A stretch of 59,942 nucleotides of DNA from Minisyncoccota bacterium (GCA_036444215.1 JAZGAA010000006.1:1-59942); one strand, 5' to 3'; shown: positions 9,219-18,160, counted from the stretch's first letter. Program-made: numbers and translations. Notes: generated by a model from the letters alone, not told the origin.

Positions 9219-10622
9219 ATGAAACTTACTTTTTATGGCGGGACTAAGACAGTTACCGGCGCTAACTACCTATTAGAGGAAAAAGGAAAGGGAAAAGAGG
9301 AATGTAAAATTCTTATTGACTGCGGTTTGTATCAAGGCAGTCGTTTTTGCGAGCGCCTTAATTTTGAACCGTTTCCGTATAATCCAAAAGAAATTGACGC
9401 GGTTTTAATTACTCATGCCCACATTGACCATATTGGCCGGTTGCCAAAACTTTATAAGGACGGGTTTCGCGGAAAGATTTTTTCAACTAAACCAACAAAA
9501 GAATTTGCCGAGCATCTTTTGGTTGATTCAGAAGGTATTTTAAGAAAAGAGGCCAAAAAAGATAAGCGTAAGCCAATTTATAATATTGAAGATATTAATG
9601 GAATGATGAAGTTGTGGGAAGGAATAGGGTATCATCAAAATATAAAGATTGGCGATTTTAATGTTGAGTTTTATGATGCCGGTCATATTCTTGGCTCAAG
9701 TTTTATTGCTGTTTCCAATAAAGCAGGCAAAAAAGTTGTTTTTTCAGGAGATTTAGGCAATGTTGCTACCCCTTTGGTTAAGGACACCGAGAATTTAGCT
9801 GAAGCTGATTACGTTTTAATTGAATCAACTTACGGGAATCGAATACACGAAAATTTAAACGAACGAAAAGACATGCTTGAAGATTTAATTGAAGAAACTT
9901 TTAAGGCAGGCGGCACGTTAATAATCCCAGCTTTTGCCATGGAAAGAACGCAGGATCTTTTATATGAATTAAACAGTTTAGTGGAAAATAAAAGAATACC
10001 AAAAGTTCCAATTTTTATTGACAGCCCCTTGGCAATTAGGTTAACAGAAGTTTATAAAAAATATTCTTCCAATTCGGAGTATTTTGATAAAGAGGCGATT
10101 AATCTGGCAAAATCAGGGGATTTAATATTTAATTTTCCCGGTTTAAAATTTACTTTAAAAACAAAACAATCAAAGGAAATTAAAAATGTGCCGCCGCCAA
10201 AAGTTATTATTGCCGGTTCTGGAATGTCGCAGGGCGGAAGAATTATTCACCATGAACGCCTTTACTTGCCCGATCCTAAAAGCACTATTTTATTTATTGG
10301 CTATCAAGCAATGGGTTCATTGGGAAGAAGGATTTTTGACGGCAATAGGGCTATTAAGCGTGGACTTGCTTCAACTAATTCCGTGAAAATTTTTGGAGAA
10401 GAAGTTTCAGTCAAATGCCGGGTTATGGCGATTGGAGGATATTCAGCTCATGCTGATAAGTTAAAGCTTTTAAGTTGGTTGAAGCCGATGCGCACTAAGC
10501 TTAAAAAAGTGTTTATAGTCCAAGGGGAAGGAGACCAGATGATACCATTGGCTCAAAAGATAAAAGATGAATTTGCCGTAGAAGCCATTATTCCTTCAAT
10601 GAAGGATGAGGTTGTGTTATAA
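9219..10622 (+). CDS. MBL-fold beta-CASP RNA-metabolising hydrolase (RNase J/CPSF-like)
   Basis: THAHIDHIG metallo-beta-lactamase motif, 467 aa, C-terminal GYSAHAD motif typical of beta-CASP nucleases. Confidence 0.75.
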   Translation: MKLTFYGGTKTVTGANYLLEEKGKGKEECKILIDCGLYQGSRFCERLNFEPFPYNPKEIDAVLITHAHIDHIGRLPKLYKDGFRGKIFSTKPTKEFAEHLLVDSEGILRKEAKKDKRKPIYNIEDINGMMKLWEGIGYHQNIKIGDFNVEFYDAGHILGSSFIAVSNKAGKKVVFSGDLGNVATPLVKDTENLAEADYVLIESTYGNRIHENLNERKDMLEDLIEETFKAGGTLIIPAFAMERTQDLLYELNSLVENKRIPKVPIFIDSPLAIRLTEVYKKYSSNSEYFDKEAINLAKSGDLIFNFPGLKFTLKTKQSKEIKNVPPPKVIIAGSGMSQGGRIIHHERLYLPDPKSTILFIGYQAMGSLGRRIFDGNRAIKRGLASTNSVKIFGEEVSVKCRVMAIGGYSAHADKLKLLSWLKPMRTKLKKVFIVQGEGDQMIPLAQKIKDEFAVEAIIPSMKDEVVL

Positions 10623-10629
10623 TTTTGAT

Positions 10630-11211
10630 ATGAATGATATTTGTCATACAACTTTTAAATACAAAATCTGCGTTTCCGGCGCAGCTGAAACCGAGCATTG
10701 CGGTCCGAATGCCAATAAATTGGCTGAAGAATTAGGCAAAGAAATTGTTCGGCATGATGCGGTTTTGGTTGATGGCGCCACAACCGGTTTTCCTCTTTGG
10801 GCAGCCAAGGGTGCTAAAAGCGAAGGAGGTATTGTTATCGGGCTTTCGCCGGCAGCCACAGAAAAAGAACATATTCAGGATTATAAATTGCCGACCGACT
10901 ACCATGATTTAATTATTTATACAGGTTTTAATTATTCAGGAAGAAATCTTCTTTTAACAAGGTCAGCTGATGCGGTAATTGTCGGTTGCGGTCGTTTAGG
11001 AACGTTAAATGAATTCACCATTGCCTTTGAAGACAAAAAGCCAATTGGGGTTTTAGAGGGACCTTGGGAAACTGATGATTTAGTGAAAAAGATAATTGCT
11101 GAATCTTACCGCGGTCCGGGTAAAATAGTATATTCTTCAAACCCAAAGGAATTAGTGAAAAAAGTGATAGAATTAATTAAAAAAGAAAAAAGGTCGAACG
11201 GAAAAATATAA
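10630..11211 (+). CDS. TIGR00725/LOG-like (SLOG) Rossmann-fold nucleotide-binding protein
   Basis: ICVSGAA...DGATTG...GCGRLGTLNEF pattern. ATG at 10630, just after the upstream stop, preferred over 10606. Confidence 0.6.
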   Translation: MNDICHTTFKYKICVSGAAETEHCGPNANKLAEELGKEIVRHDAVLVDGATTGFPLWAAKGAKSEGGIVIGLSPAATEKEHIQDYKLPTDYHDLIIYTGFNYSGRNLLLTRSADAVIVGCGRLGTLNEFTIAFEDKKPIGVLEGPWETDDLVKKIIAESYRGPGKIVYSSNPKELVKKVIELIKKEKRSNGKI

Positions 11212-11215
11212 AATT

Positions 11216-11464
11216 ATGGATACTAAACCAATCGGCGAAGTTACTCACTATTTCGGTAATATCGGAGTAGCTATTGTCAAATTTAAAAAAGAAGTAAAAC
11301 TCGGAGAAACCGTTAATTTTAAGGGCGCCCATACTGATTTTACCCAAACTATTGAATCAATGCAGTACGACCATAAAGAAATTGAGAAGGCTAAAAAGGG
11401 CCAGGAGGTTGGAATTAAGGTAAGCGAGAAAGTACGAGAAGGAGACGAGGTGTTTGTCGCCTAA
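11216..11464 (+). CDS. small EF-Tu domain-2-like beta-barrel protein (translation elongation factor-like)
   Basis: 82 aa. GEVTHYFGNIGVAIVKF...GETVNFKG...GQEVGIKV pattern. Confidence 0.4.
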   Translation: MDTKPIGEVTHYFGNIGVAIVKFKKEVKLGETVNFKGAHTDFTQTIESMQYDHKEIEKAKKGQEVGIKVSEKVREGDEVFVA

Positions 11465-11477
11465 AACTAATTGATAA

Positions 11478-12611
11478 ATGTTTAAGAATATAATTCTGCC
11501 AGCAAGTTTGTTGGCAGGGACAATTATTGGTGCGGGGATTTTTGCTCTGCCTTATATTTTTGAGAAAGCCGGCATTTTAACCGGTTTATTTTATTTAATA
11601 ATTTTCAGCGGAGTTTTTGCTTTAATTCATCTGATGTACGCGGATATTATTGTCCGCACCAAGGAAAACCACCGTTTTCCTGGTTACGCGGGAATTTATT
11701 TAGGGAAAGCGGGCGAAGGATTAGCGATTTTAATAACTATTGCTGGAATGATTTTTGCATTAACAACTTATTTGGTGTTGTCAGTAAGTTTTTTTAATTT
11801 AATTTTTTCAGGCATTATTTTGCTTGATATCTATAAAATTTTAATATTCTGGCTTCTTAGTTCACTGGCTATTTTTATTGGAGTTAATCGGTTGGCGCTT
11901 TCGGAATTTTTAATTGTTGTTGGTATCGCGGCTGTAATTTTTGTGGTTTTATGTTATGGATTAGCAAATTTTGAGCGTGTAATTTCCGCACCGCTTTTGA
12001 ATTTGAGCTATGTTTTTTTGCCGTACGGAGCAATCCTTTTTTCTTTTTCCGGGCGGACTGCTATTCCAACTGTGGTCGGATATTTTAGGAAAAATAATCA
12101 GCCACAAATAAAATCAAAAACCCCAATTATTTTAGGAAGTTTAATACCGGCTTTGATTTATTTAGTTTTTATTTTTGGAATTATCAGTTTATCAGGAACT
12201 GTTTCAGAAGATTCAGTTTCTGGGTTAATTGGCCATCTTCCGCCGTTCGTTTTGTTGCTATTAGGAATTTTAGGAATAATATCTTTATTTAGTTCTCATA
12301 TTATGATCGGTCGGAATGCCAAGAAAAGTTTAGAGCATGACCTTGGATTCCCCCAAATTTTAGCTGGCTTAGTAGTAGTTGTTTTTCCGTTGCTATTATA
12401 TTTATTGGGATTTCAGAATTTTCTAGAATTAGTTGGATTAGTGGGAGGTATTTTCGTTGGTTTAGCCGGAATTTTTATTATTTTAATGTGGCTTAAAGCT
12501 CGTAAAACAGAGGCGGGCCGCGGAGTTATTATTAAGAAAATTAATCCGCTGGTTATTTATGGCCTATTATTGGTCTTTATTGGTGGGGTGATTTATGCGA
12601 TAATACAATAA
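11478..12611 (+). CDS. amino acid permease/transporter (about 11 TM helices)
   Basis: 377 aa, uniformly hydrophobic. N-terminal GTIIGAGIFALP motif typical of amino-acid transporters. Confidence 0.6.
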   Translation: MFKNIILPASLLAGTIIGAGIFALPYIFEKAGILTGLFYLIIFSGVFALIHLMYADIIVRTKENHRFPGYAGIYLGKAGEGLAILITIAGMIFALTTYLVLSVSFFNLIFSGIILLDIYKILIFWLLSSLAIFIGVNRLALSEFLIVVGIAAVIFVVLCYGLANFERVISAPLLNLSYVFLPYGAILFSFSGRTAIPTVVGYFRKNNQPQIKSKTPIILGSLIPALIYLVFIFGIISLSGTVSEDSVSGLIGHLPPFVLLLLGILGIISLFSSHIMIGRNAKKSLEHDLGFPQILAGLVVVVFPLLLYLLGFQNFLELVGLVGGIFVGLAGIFIILMWLKARKTEAGRGVIIKKINPLVIYGLLLVFIGGVIYAIIQ

Positions 12612-12612
12612 T

Positions 12613-13116
12613 ATGAAGAAGTGGGAAAAATATGATATTGAATTACCATTAGAGAAGACAGGAAAACGCGAAATTCCAAAAGGTAAGCTCGGTTTAGTTT
12701 TCTGTAAAGAATGCAATTCTGTTTATTACAAAAAATCCTGGCATCACAATCTTCGGTATTTAAAAAAGCTTCGCGAGAATCTGCCGATTAAATTTGCTAT
12801 TTGCCCGGCTTGTAAGATGCTCAAAAACCGGCAATTTGAGGGGCAGATTGAGATTGCCAATATTCCCCAAAAGATTTCCAAAGAATTAGTTAATTTAATT
12901 AAGTCCTTTTGTCGTCGGGCTTACCAGCGCGACCCAATGGATAGGTTAATCAGCATAAAAAATACAAAAGAAGGGATAATAATTACTACCACCGAGAATC
13001 AATTGGCCGTGCGATTGGCTAAAAAAATCAAACAAACTTTTAAAAAAGTTAAAATGAAAATTTCTTATTCTTCAGCGCCAAGTGATGTGGTGTATGTTAA
13101 GTTGGTATTTGATTGA
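12613..13116 (+). CDS. hypothetical zinc-ribbon protein (possibly NMD3-like/BCAM0308-type)
   Basis: 167 aa. CKEC...CPAC cysteine pairs. The family assignment is from memory only. Confidence 0.35.
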   Translation: MKKWEKYDIELPLEKTGKREIPKGKLGLVFCKECNSVYYKKSWHHNLRYLKKLRENLPIKFAICPACKMLKNRQFEGQIEIANIPQKISKELVNLIKSFCRRAYQRDPMDRLISIKNTKEGIIITTTENQLAVRLAKKIKQTFKKVKMKISYSSAPSDVVYVKLVFD

Positions 13117-13135
13117 TAACCAAAATAAACAACCT

Positions 13136-13891
13136 TTACAATTTCTTTTCATCAAGCTCTTTTACGTCAACCTCGTCTAAAATTCTTATCACATCACGCG
13201 CAATGCTGCGGCTGAAGTCTTTGCCAAAAATAGATAAATCATTTAATTGTTTGATAAGTATAACGACCAGAAATACGGCAGTACCAAAAATAATTTTTAA
13301 CACATCAACCAAGAAGTACTCGGTTTGTAAAAAGTGGAATGACAAAATGACCAAGCCGGCAAAAACGTATATCAAAACCCACTGGAATATAAGCAGTCGT
13401 TCTTGATAAGCGGCAATAATCTTTTTACGGAGTTGTTGAAGTTGTAGAATAGCGTCCCAAATACCATCGTACGGAGAATGGCCGTCTATCTTGTCTGTTT
13501 CTTCTTTCGTAATACTCCCCATTGTTTGGGTTAGACGTGTTATGGTAGTTGACGGATTAAACTCGTTATGCGCCCAATTGTTGCTTTCAAGGATTTTCGT
13601 GTAGTGCGCTTTGATAATTTTTCGCATTTCCGACTGCATCCTTGGGATAAGGCCAAAGACCCTGTACAAATAAGAAAACAAGCCATCTCTTTCAGCAATC
13701 ATATCAATAATGCGGGTATAGCGATCATTCTGCCGGGCAATGAAAAAACCCGAAAACAAAGCAAAAAAGAAAACGCTGGCAACTATCAATTCTGAAGCAA
13801 CATCAAGTTCTATATCTATATCAATAAAAAAAATAAAAAAAGAGTATAGCGCTATAAATCCTATTATCAATAATATGTGGAATGTTCTCAT
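13136..13891 (-). CDS. hypothetical membrane protein (2 N-terminal + 2 C-terminal TM helices; DUF4239-like architecture)
   Basis: 251 aa ORF with hydrophobic ends and a soluble middle. Last gene of a minus-strand block downstream of tRNA-Ser. Confidence 0.5.
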   Translation of the reverse strand: MRTFHILLIIGFIALYSFFIFFIDIDIELDVASELIVASVFFFALFSGFFIARQNDRYTRIIDMIAERDGLFSYLYRVFGLIPRMQSEMRKIIKAHYTKILESNNWAHNEFNPSTTITRLTQTMGSITKEETDKIDGHSPYDGIWDAILQLQQLRKKIIAAYQERLLIFQWVLIYVFAGLVILSFHFLQTEYFLVDVLKIIFGTAVFLVVILIKQLNDLSIFGKDFSRSIARDVIRILDEVDVKELDEKKL

Positions 13892-14007
13892 GGTATTTTA
13901 TGAAAAATTTATTCGGAATACGTGAGTTAAGTGCCTACCGTATATAAGCAGTATAAATATTTTTCGACGCTTTTTCCAGAGGAGAATTTAGGCATGTGGG
14001 TCAGAGG

Positions 14008-14727
14008 CTAAAACTTACCCAACAGGTTAAAACGAACGCCTTTTTCTTTTAGTAGATTCAAAATTAATCCGCTGCGGATCACTATTGCATTTTCAACCGA
14101 TATCTCTCTTCCGGCAAAATTCTTACTCACCCGTGGTTGTGTAACTGATCCTTGCATACCCACCAAGATGCCATTTTTGTCAAAAACTGGACCACCACTC
14201 ATTCCAAATAATCCGACGTCTCGAGCAAGGAAGCCCTCATGTTTTCTAATAACTCCCATGCCGTTGTCGCTATTTGCAAGAACCCTATCTAGCACGAATG
14301 TTGGTTGAAAATATCGTCTTACTCCACCCAGATTTAACCCCCCTTGGTTGTTTTGTGATATTTCTGCCAAGGGATAACCGCTAATACATACAGAGCGGCC
14401 CTCTTCGGGAATGTTTTTTGAAAGATGGAAATATTTTGGACTTTTTGTTTCAACTTTTCCAATCAAGATGTCATAGTCATCATTTCTTGCAATTTCCTGA
14501 ATTTGTAATCTAGGTTTCTGAACCTGTTCTGGTAGCCGGCCGATGAAAAGAAACCGTGTATTGCTATCTGCATTATCAAACACATGTGCAACAGATACAA
14601 AATATCCGTTAGAGTTTATGAAAAATCCAGTTCCTGCTATCCCTACTGTCGCTTGTTTCCCTTGTTGTTGCCAGCGAAATACAGGGAACATTGCCTGTTT
14701 TGAAATTTTTATTGCTTTAATAAACAT
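14008..14727 (-). CDS. trypsin-like (S1/chymotrypsin fold) serine protease, no signal peptide
   Basis: Catalytic triad contexts VSVAHVF, DYDILIGK and GMSGGPVF. No hydrophobic N-terminus. Confidence 0.75.
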   Translation of the reverse strand: MFIKAIKISKQAMFPVFRWQQQGKQATVGIAGTGFFINSNGYFVSVAHVFDNADSNTRFLFIGRLPEQVQKPRLQIQEIARNDDYDILIGKVETKSPKYFHLSKNIPEEGRSVCISGYPLAEISQNNQGGLNLGGVRRYFQPTFVLDRVLANSDNGMGVIRKHEGFLARDVGLFGMSGGPVFDKNGILVGMQGSVTQPRVSKNFAGREISVENAIVIRSGLILNLLKEKGVRFNLLGKF

Positions 14728-14772
14728 ATAGGGTGGTTAAAATGACCACTCGGGTCACCTTCGATAAAACTT

Positions 14773-15015
14773 TTATACGAAATGCTTTTTGATAAAAGCT
14801 CTGCCACTTCCTGATTTGAGGTATTTTTCAAATTCGTATGCTTTGTATTTGTCTTGAAAAACTATATAAGTGATTAATTTTACTGGTAATATATTTGCTG
14901 TTGCTGGGACATATCCCTTATTATGTCTAATTATTCTATCTTCTAAATTATTTGTACAGCCAATATATGGTTTACCGCCGTTGCACATAAGAATATAAAC
15001 ATAGTAATTTTCCAT
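14773..15015 (-). CDS. GIY-YIG nuclease family protein (small stand-alone URI domain)
   Basis: YYVYILMCNGGKPYIGCTNNLEDRIIRHN motif. Start moved to the ATG at 15015 because the longer ORF runs through GC repeats into tRNA-Ser. Confidence 0.75.
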   Translation of the reverse strand: MENYYVYILMCNGGKPYIGCTNNLEDRIIRHNKGYVPATANILPVKLITYIVFQDKYKAYEFEKYLKSGSGRAFIKKHFV

Positions 15016-15115
15016 ATAGAAGGCGGACTGCGTCCGTGCTCCGACGCTGAAGCTTTGGTGCAAGAGTCTGAAACCCGGCGAAGCCCGACTTCGCCAAGGC
15101 TTCGTCGGGTGAAAG

Positions 15116-15201
15116 CGGAGGAGGTGGGATTTGAACCCACGAGCCCCTTTCGAAGCCATGGTTTAGCAAACCATTCCGTTAGACCACTCCGGCACTCCTC
15201 C
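15116..15201 (-). tRNA. tRNA-Ser(GCT)
   Basis: Hand fold: acceptor GGAGGAG/CTCCTCC, anticodon loop TTGCTAA, long variable arm, T-arm GTGGG-TTCAAAT-CCCAC. Confidence 0.85.
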
Positions 15202-15252
15202 ATATAAATAGGATATAGTAGTAAGTATTAAGTATCAAGCACCATTAACAAA

Positions 15253-15288
15253 TAAAAAATCCCGAGCCGGTTATAGACGCGGGATTTT
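15253..15288 (-). terminator. rho-independent terminator after the small acidic Cys peptide gene
   Basis: 9-bp stem aaaatcccg/cgggatttt followed by a T-run on the minus strand. Confidence 0.55.
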
Positions 15289-15296
15289 AAAAAAAT

Positions 15297-15461
15297 TCAG
15301 CAAATACATTCAGTTGTTTCACCTACTCCATCAGTGCTGTTTCCGCTTATGTGTGCTTTTTTCTCTCTACCACAAGTAGTGCAAAAATTTTCATCAGATT
15401 CAATTTTTTCTTCTACTTCTTTTTCTTTTGCTTCTTTTTCGTCCACTTCATCTACCTTCAT
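15297..15461 (-). CDS. 54-aa acidic peptide with C-terminal CxxC...CxC (not in the ORF track)
   Basis: My translation is MKVDEVDEKEAKEKEVEEKIESDENFCTTCGREKKAHISGNSTDGVGETTECIC. Strong SD GGAGGGAAT immediately 5' of the ATG; terminator downstream. Confidence 0.5.
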   Translation of the reverse strand: MKVDEVDEKEAKEKEVEEKIESDENFCTTCGREKKAHISGNSTDGVGETTECIC

Positions 15462-15535
15462 ATTCCCTCCTTAATTTTATTTTAAAATAGCAAAAGGTTG
15501 ATAAAAATCAGTTTCTCTGTTAATTTTAGCAAGTA

Positions 15536-16993
15536 ATGAGCAAAAGTGAAAACGATAAAAAGTTAATAACTCGGTCCCCGATTATTGCAGTAATGGGACA
15601 TGTTGACCATGGCAAGTCCAGTTTGCTTGATTTTATCCGTAAAACCAATGTTGTGGCTAAAGAAGCAGGCGGTATTACTCAATCAATTGGAGCATATGAG
15701 ATTTCTCATAATAATAAGAGAATTACTTTTATTGATACCCCGGGGCACGAGGCGTTTTCAAAAATGCGGGCACGCGGCGCCAAAGTGGCTGATTTGGCAA
15801 TTTTAGTAGTGGCGGCTGATGACGGCGTTAAACCACAAACCAAAGAAGTTATTGATATTCTTAAGGAAATCCAAACACCATTCGTGGTGGCAGTCAGTAA
15901 AATAGATAAGCCCGGCGCTGATGTTGAAAAAGTAAAACAAGAATTGATGCAGGTAGAGGTTTTATTGGAAGGTTACGGCGGTAATATCAGCTGGCAGGCA
16001 ATTTCTTCAAAAAGCGGCCAAGGCATAGATGAATTACTGGATTTAATTTTATTAGCTGCCGAGATGGAGGAATTAACTTATAATCCCGAAGTTGAAGCTA
16101 GCGGGATAATCATTGAATCAAAAATAGACAGCCGGCGCGGCGTAACGGCAACTACCATTATTAAAAATGGCACTTTAAAAATTGGTGATGAAATTTTTAC
16201 TCAAAGCGTTAAAGGAAGAATTAAAATTTTAGAAAATTTCTTAGGTGAAAAAGTTGCTCAATTAACGCCTTCAAGCCCGGCTTTAATTTTGGGTTTTGAA
16301 ACCCTGCCGCAAATCGGAGAGCAGTTCTCCGTTAGTGAAATTTTGGCACAAGAGGATAAATTAATACAAAAACCTAAACCCAAAATTACTGAAGCTGAAT
16401 CCGAACTGCCAACTATTAAACTTATTCTCATGGCTGACGTCTCCGGTTCATTAGAAGCGCTTTTTGAAGTTATTAAAAACTTGCCAACCGATGAAATAAA
16501 AATTGAAATTATTAATAAATCTATCGGCGATATTACTGACGGAAATGTTAAATTAGCTCAATCAACCAAGTCAGTTATCATAGGTTTTAAAGTTAGGGTT
16601 GATAAAGCAGCTGAAAATTTAGCCCGAAGCCAGGAAATAAAAATTATCACTTCGGAAGTTATTTATGAGTTAGTTAAAAGCATTGAGGAAGAGATTGCCG
16701 GTTTGGGATTGCCGAAAATTACCGGCGATTTAGAAATTCTGGCAACTTTCAGCAAAAAAGGTAAAAAACAGCTGATTGGCGGAAAGGTAGTTAGCGGAAT
16801 AATAAAAAATAAATCAAAACTGGAAATAAAGCGGGGCGAGGAAATTATCGGCCAAGGCAAAATTTTAAATCTCCAGCACCAGAAACAAGATGTTGTTCAA
16901 GTTGAAGAAGGCAAGGAATGCGGGGTTATGTTTGAATCAGATATTATAATTGAAAAGGGAGACCACCTTATCTACTATGTTTCATCGTCCTGA
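15536..16993 (+). CDS. infB: translation initiation factor IF-2 (short form lacking the N-terminal region)
   Basis: [17 protein letters not shown] and SKID GTPase motifs; 485 aa. Confidence 0.93.
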   Translation: MSKSENDKKLITRSPIIAVMGHVDHGKSSLLDFIRKTNVVAKEAGGITQSIGAYEISHNNKRITFIDTPGHEAFSKMRARGAKVADLAILVVAADDGVKPQTKEVIDILKEIQTPFVVAVSKIDKPGADVEKVKQELMQVEVLLEGYGGNISWQAISSKSGQGIDELLDLILLAAEMEELTYNPEVEASGIIIESKIDSRRGVTATTIIKNGTLKIGDEIFTQSVKGRIKILENFLGEKVAQLTPSSPALILGFETLPQIGEQFSVSEILAQEDKLIQKPKPKITEAESELPTIKLILMADVSGSLEALFEVIKNLPTDEIKIEIINKSIGDITDGNVKLAQSTKSVIIGFKVRVDKAAENLARSQEIKIITSEVIYELVKSIEEEIAGLGLPKITGDLEILATFSKKGKKQLIGGKVVSGIIKNKSKLEIKRGEEIIGQGKILNLQHQKQDVVQVEEGKECGVMFESDIIIEKGDHLIYYVSSS

Positions 16994-17312
16994 GCGCGTA
17001 TCCAGTTTAATACAGGAAGAATTAGGTAAGATTATCTCGCGGGAAGTTGAATTTCCGGAATGTTTGGTTACTATTACTTCGGTTGATGTTGATAATAAAT
17101 TAGACCGGGCGGTTGTAAATTTCAGCGTTATTCCTTCAAAAAATTCTGAAGAGGTTCTTAAAATATTAAAAAAGGCAGCCGGACATTTACAGCATCTTTT
17201 ACTAGAAAAACTTAGCATTAAGCCATTGCCCAGAATATTTTTTGAAATTGATTACGGCTCTGAAAAAGCCGCCGAGGTTGAAAAATTACTAATGGAAGAA
17301 GATAATAAATAG
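16977..17312 (+). CDS. rbfA: ribosome-binding factor A
   Basis: [18 protein letters not shown]-terminus. ATG at 16977 overlaps the infB end. Conserved infB-rbfA order. Confidence 0.85.
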   Translation: MFHRPERVSSLIQEELGKIISREVEFPECLVTITSVDVDNKLDRAVVNFSVIPSKNSEEVLKILKKAAGHLQHLLLEKLSIKPLPRIFFEIDYGSEKAAEVEKLLMEEDNK

Positions 17313-17315
17313 AAC

Positions 17316-17387
17316 GGCCTGGTAGCCAAGTAGTAAGGCATCTCTCTGCAAAAGAGATATACGCGAGTGCAATTCTCGCCCAGGCCT
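17316..17387 (+). tRNA. tRNA-Cys(GCA)
   Basis: Acceptor GGCCTGG/CCAGGCC, anticodon loop CTGCAAA. Unusual T-loop TGCAATT and a D-loop without GG. Confidence 0.8.
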
Positions 17388-17403
17388 CGGTTTTGTATTA
17401 TTT

Positions 17404-17489
17404 GCCCGGGTGGCGGAATTGGCAGACGCGCTGGGCTTAAGCCCCAGTGAGAGTAAAATCTCGTGTGGGTTCGACCCCCTCCCCGGGCA
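17404..17489 (+). tRNA. tRNA-Leu(TAA)
   Basis: Acceptor GCCCGGG/CCCGGGC, anticodon loop CTTAAGC, long variable arm. Confidence 0.85.
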
Positions 17490-17497
17490 CTAACAAA

Positions 17498-17534
17498 ATA
17501 AACGGCTCACATACGTCTGAGCCGTTTATTTTAT
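17498..17534 (+). terminator. rho-independent terminator
   Basis: aaacggctca...tgagccgttt stem followed by attttatt. Confidence 0.6.
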
Positions 17535-17570
17535 TGATTTTAGCATTATCAAAAGTTATACTGAAAGCAA

Positions 17571-18074
17571 ATGGATAAAGAAAAAACTAAAGAAATCTCC
17601 TCGGTCATCTCGTGGCGCGCTCCGGAGTTTGAGTATCATCACAAAGACGCTTCCTGGTATTGGCTAAGTATAATAGCGGCAATTATTTTAGTGGCTTTAG
17701 CTCTTTGGCAGAAGAATTTTTTGTTCGTGATTTTTGTAGTAATTGCCGAAATGGTTGTTATTTCTTTAGTCGGAAGATTCCCGCCAATCTGGGAATTTAA
17801 AATCAGTGAAAAAGGCGTTGAAATCGGCCGACCCAACAAAAAGGAAAAGAAATTTTATCCATACAGAGAATTGGAAAGTTTTGATATCCACCCGGCTGGC
17901 GAAGAATACAAAGAACTGGTCTTAAAATCTCAATCCCGGCTTAAACCGTTTTTTAAAATCAATATTCATTCCAAAGACGAGGAAAAGATTAAAAAATTTT
18001 TTTTGAAGTTTTTACCACAGAAGGAAATTCACAGTTCGGCAGTTGATTCGGTATCTAAATTAATAAGGTTTTAA
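17571..18074 (+). CDS. hypothetical membrane protein (2 TM + soluble C-terminal domain)
   Basis: 167 aa ORF with a hydrophobic segment WYWLSIIAAIILVALALW...FVIFVVIAEMVVISLV. Confidence 0.5.
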   Translation: MDKEKTKEISSVISWRAPEFEYHHKDASWYWLSIIAAIILVALALWQKNFLFVIFVVIAEMVVISLVGRFPPIWEFKISEKGVEIGRPNKKEKKFYPYRELESFDIHPAGEEYKELVLKSQSRLKPFFKINIHSKDEEKIKKFFLKFLPQKEIHSSAVDSVSKLIRF

Positions 18075-18080
18075 TAAACT

Positions 18081-18152
18081 GCCCTTGTCGTTCAACGGAT
18101 AGGACACAAGCTTGCGGAGCTTGAGATCGAGGTTCGATTCCTCGTAAGGGCA
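18081..18152 (+). tRNA. tRNA-Arg(GCG)
   Basis: Acceptor GCCCTTG/TAAGGGC, D-arm GTTC-AACGGATA-GGAC, anticodon stem CAAGC/GCTTG with loop TTGCGGA. Confidence 0.7.
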
Positions 18153-18160
18153 CAATAATT

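Noticed and set aside
13113-13925. Plus-strand ORFs 13113-13406, 13568-13795 and 13740-13925
   Set aside because: They are antisense shadows of the 251-aa membrane protein gene on the minus strand.
15016-15203. N-terminal extension of the GIY-YIG ORF (to 15159) and ORFs 14943-15203(-) and 14972-15169(-)
   Set aside because: They read through GC-rich hairpin repeats and tRNA-Ser. The GIY-YIG domain starts at the internal ATG (15015).
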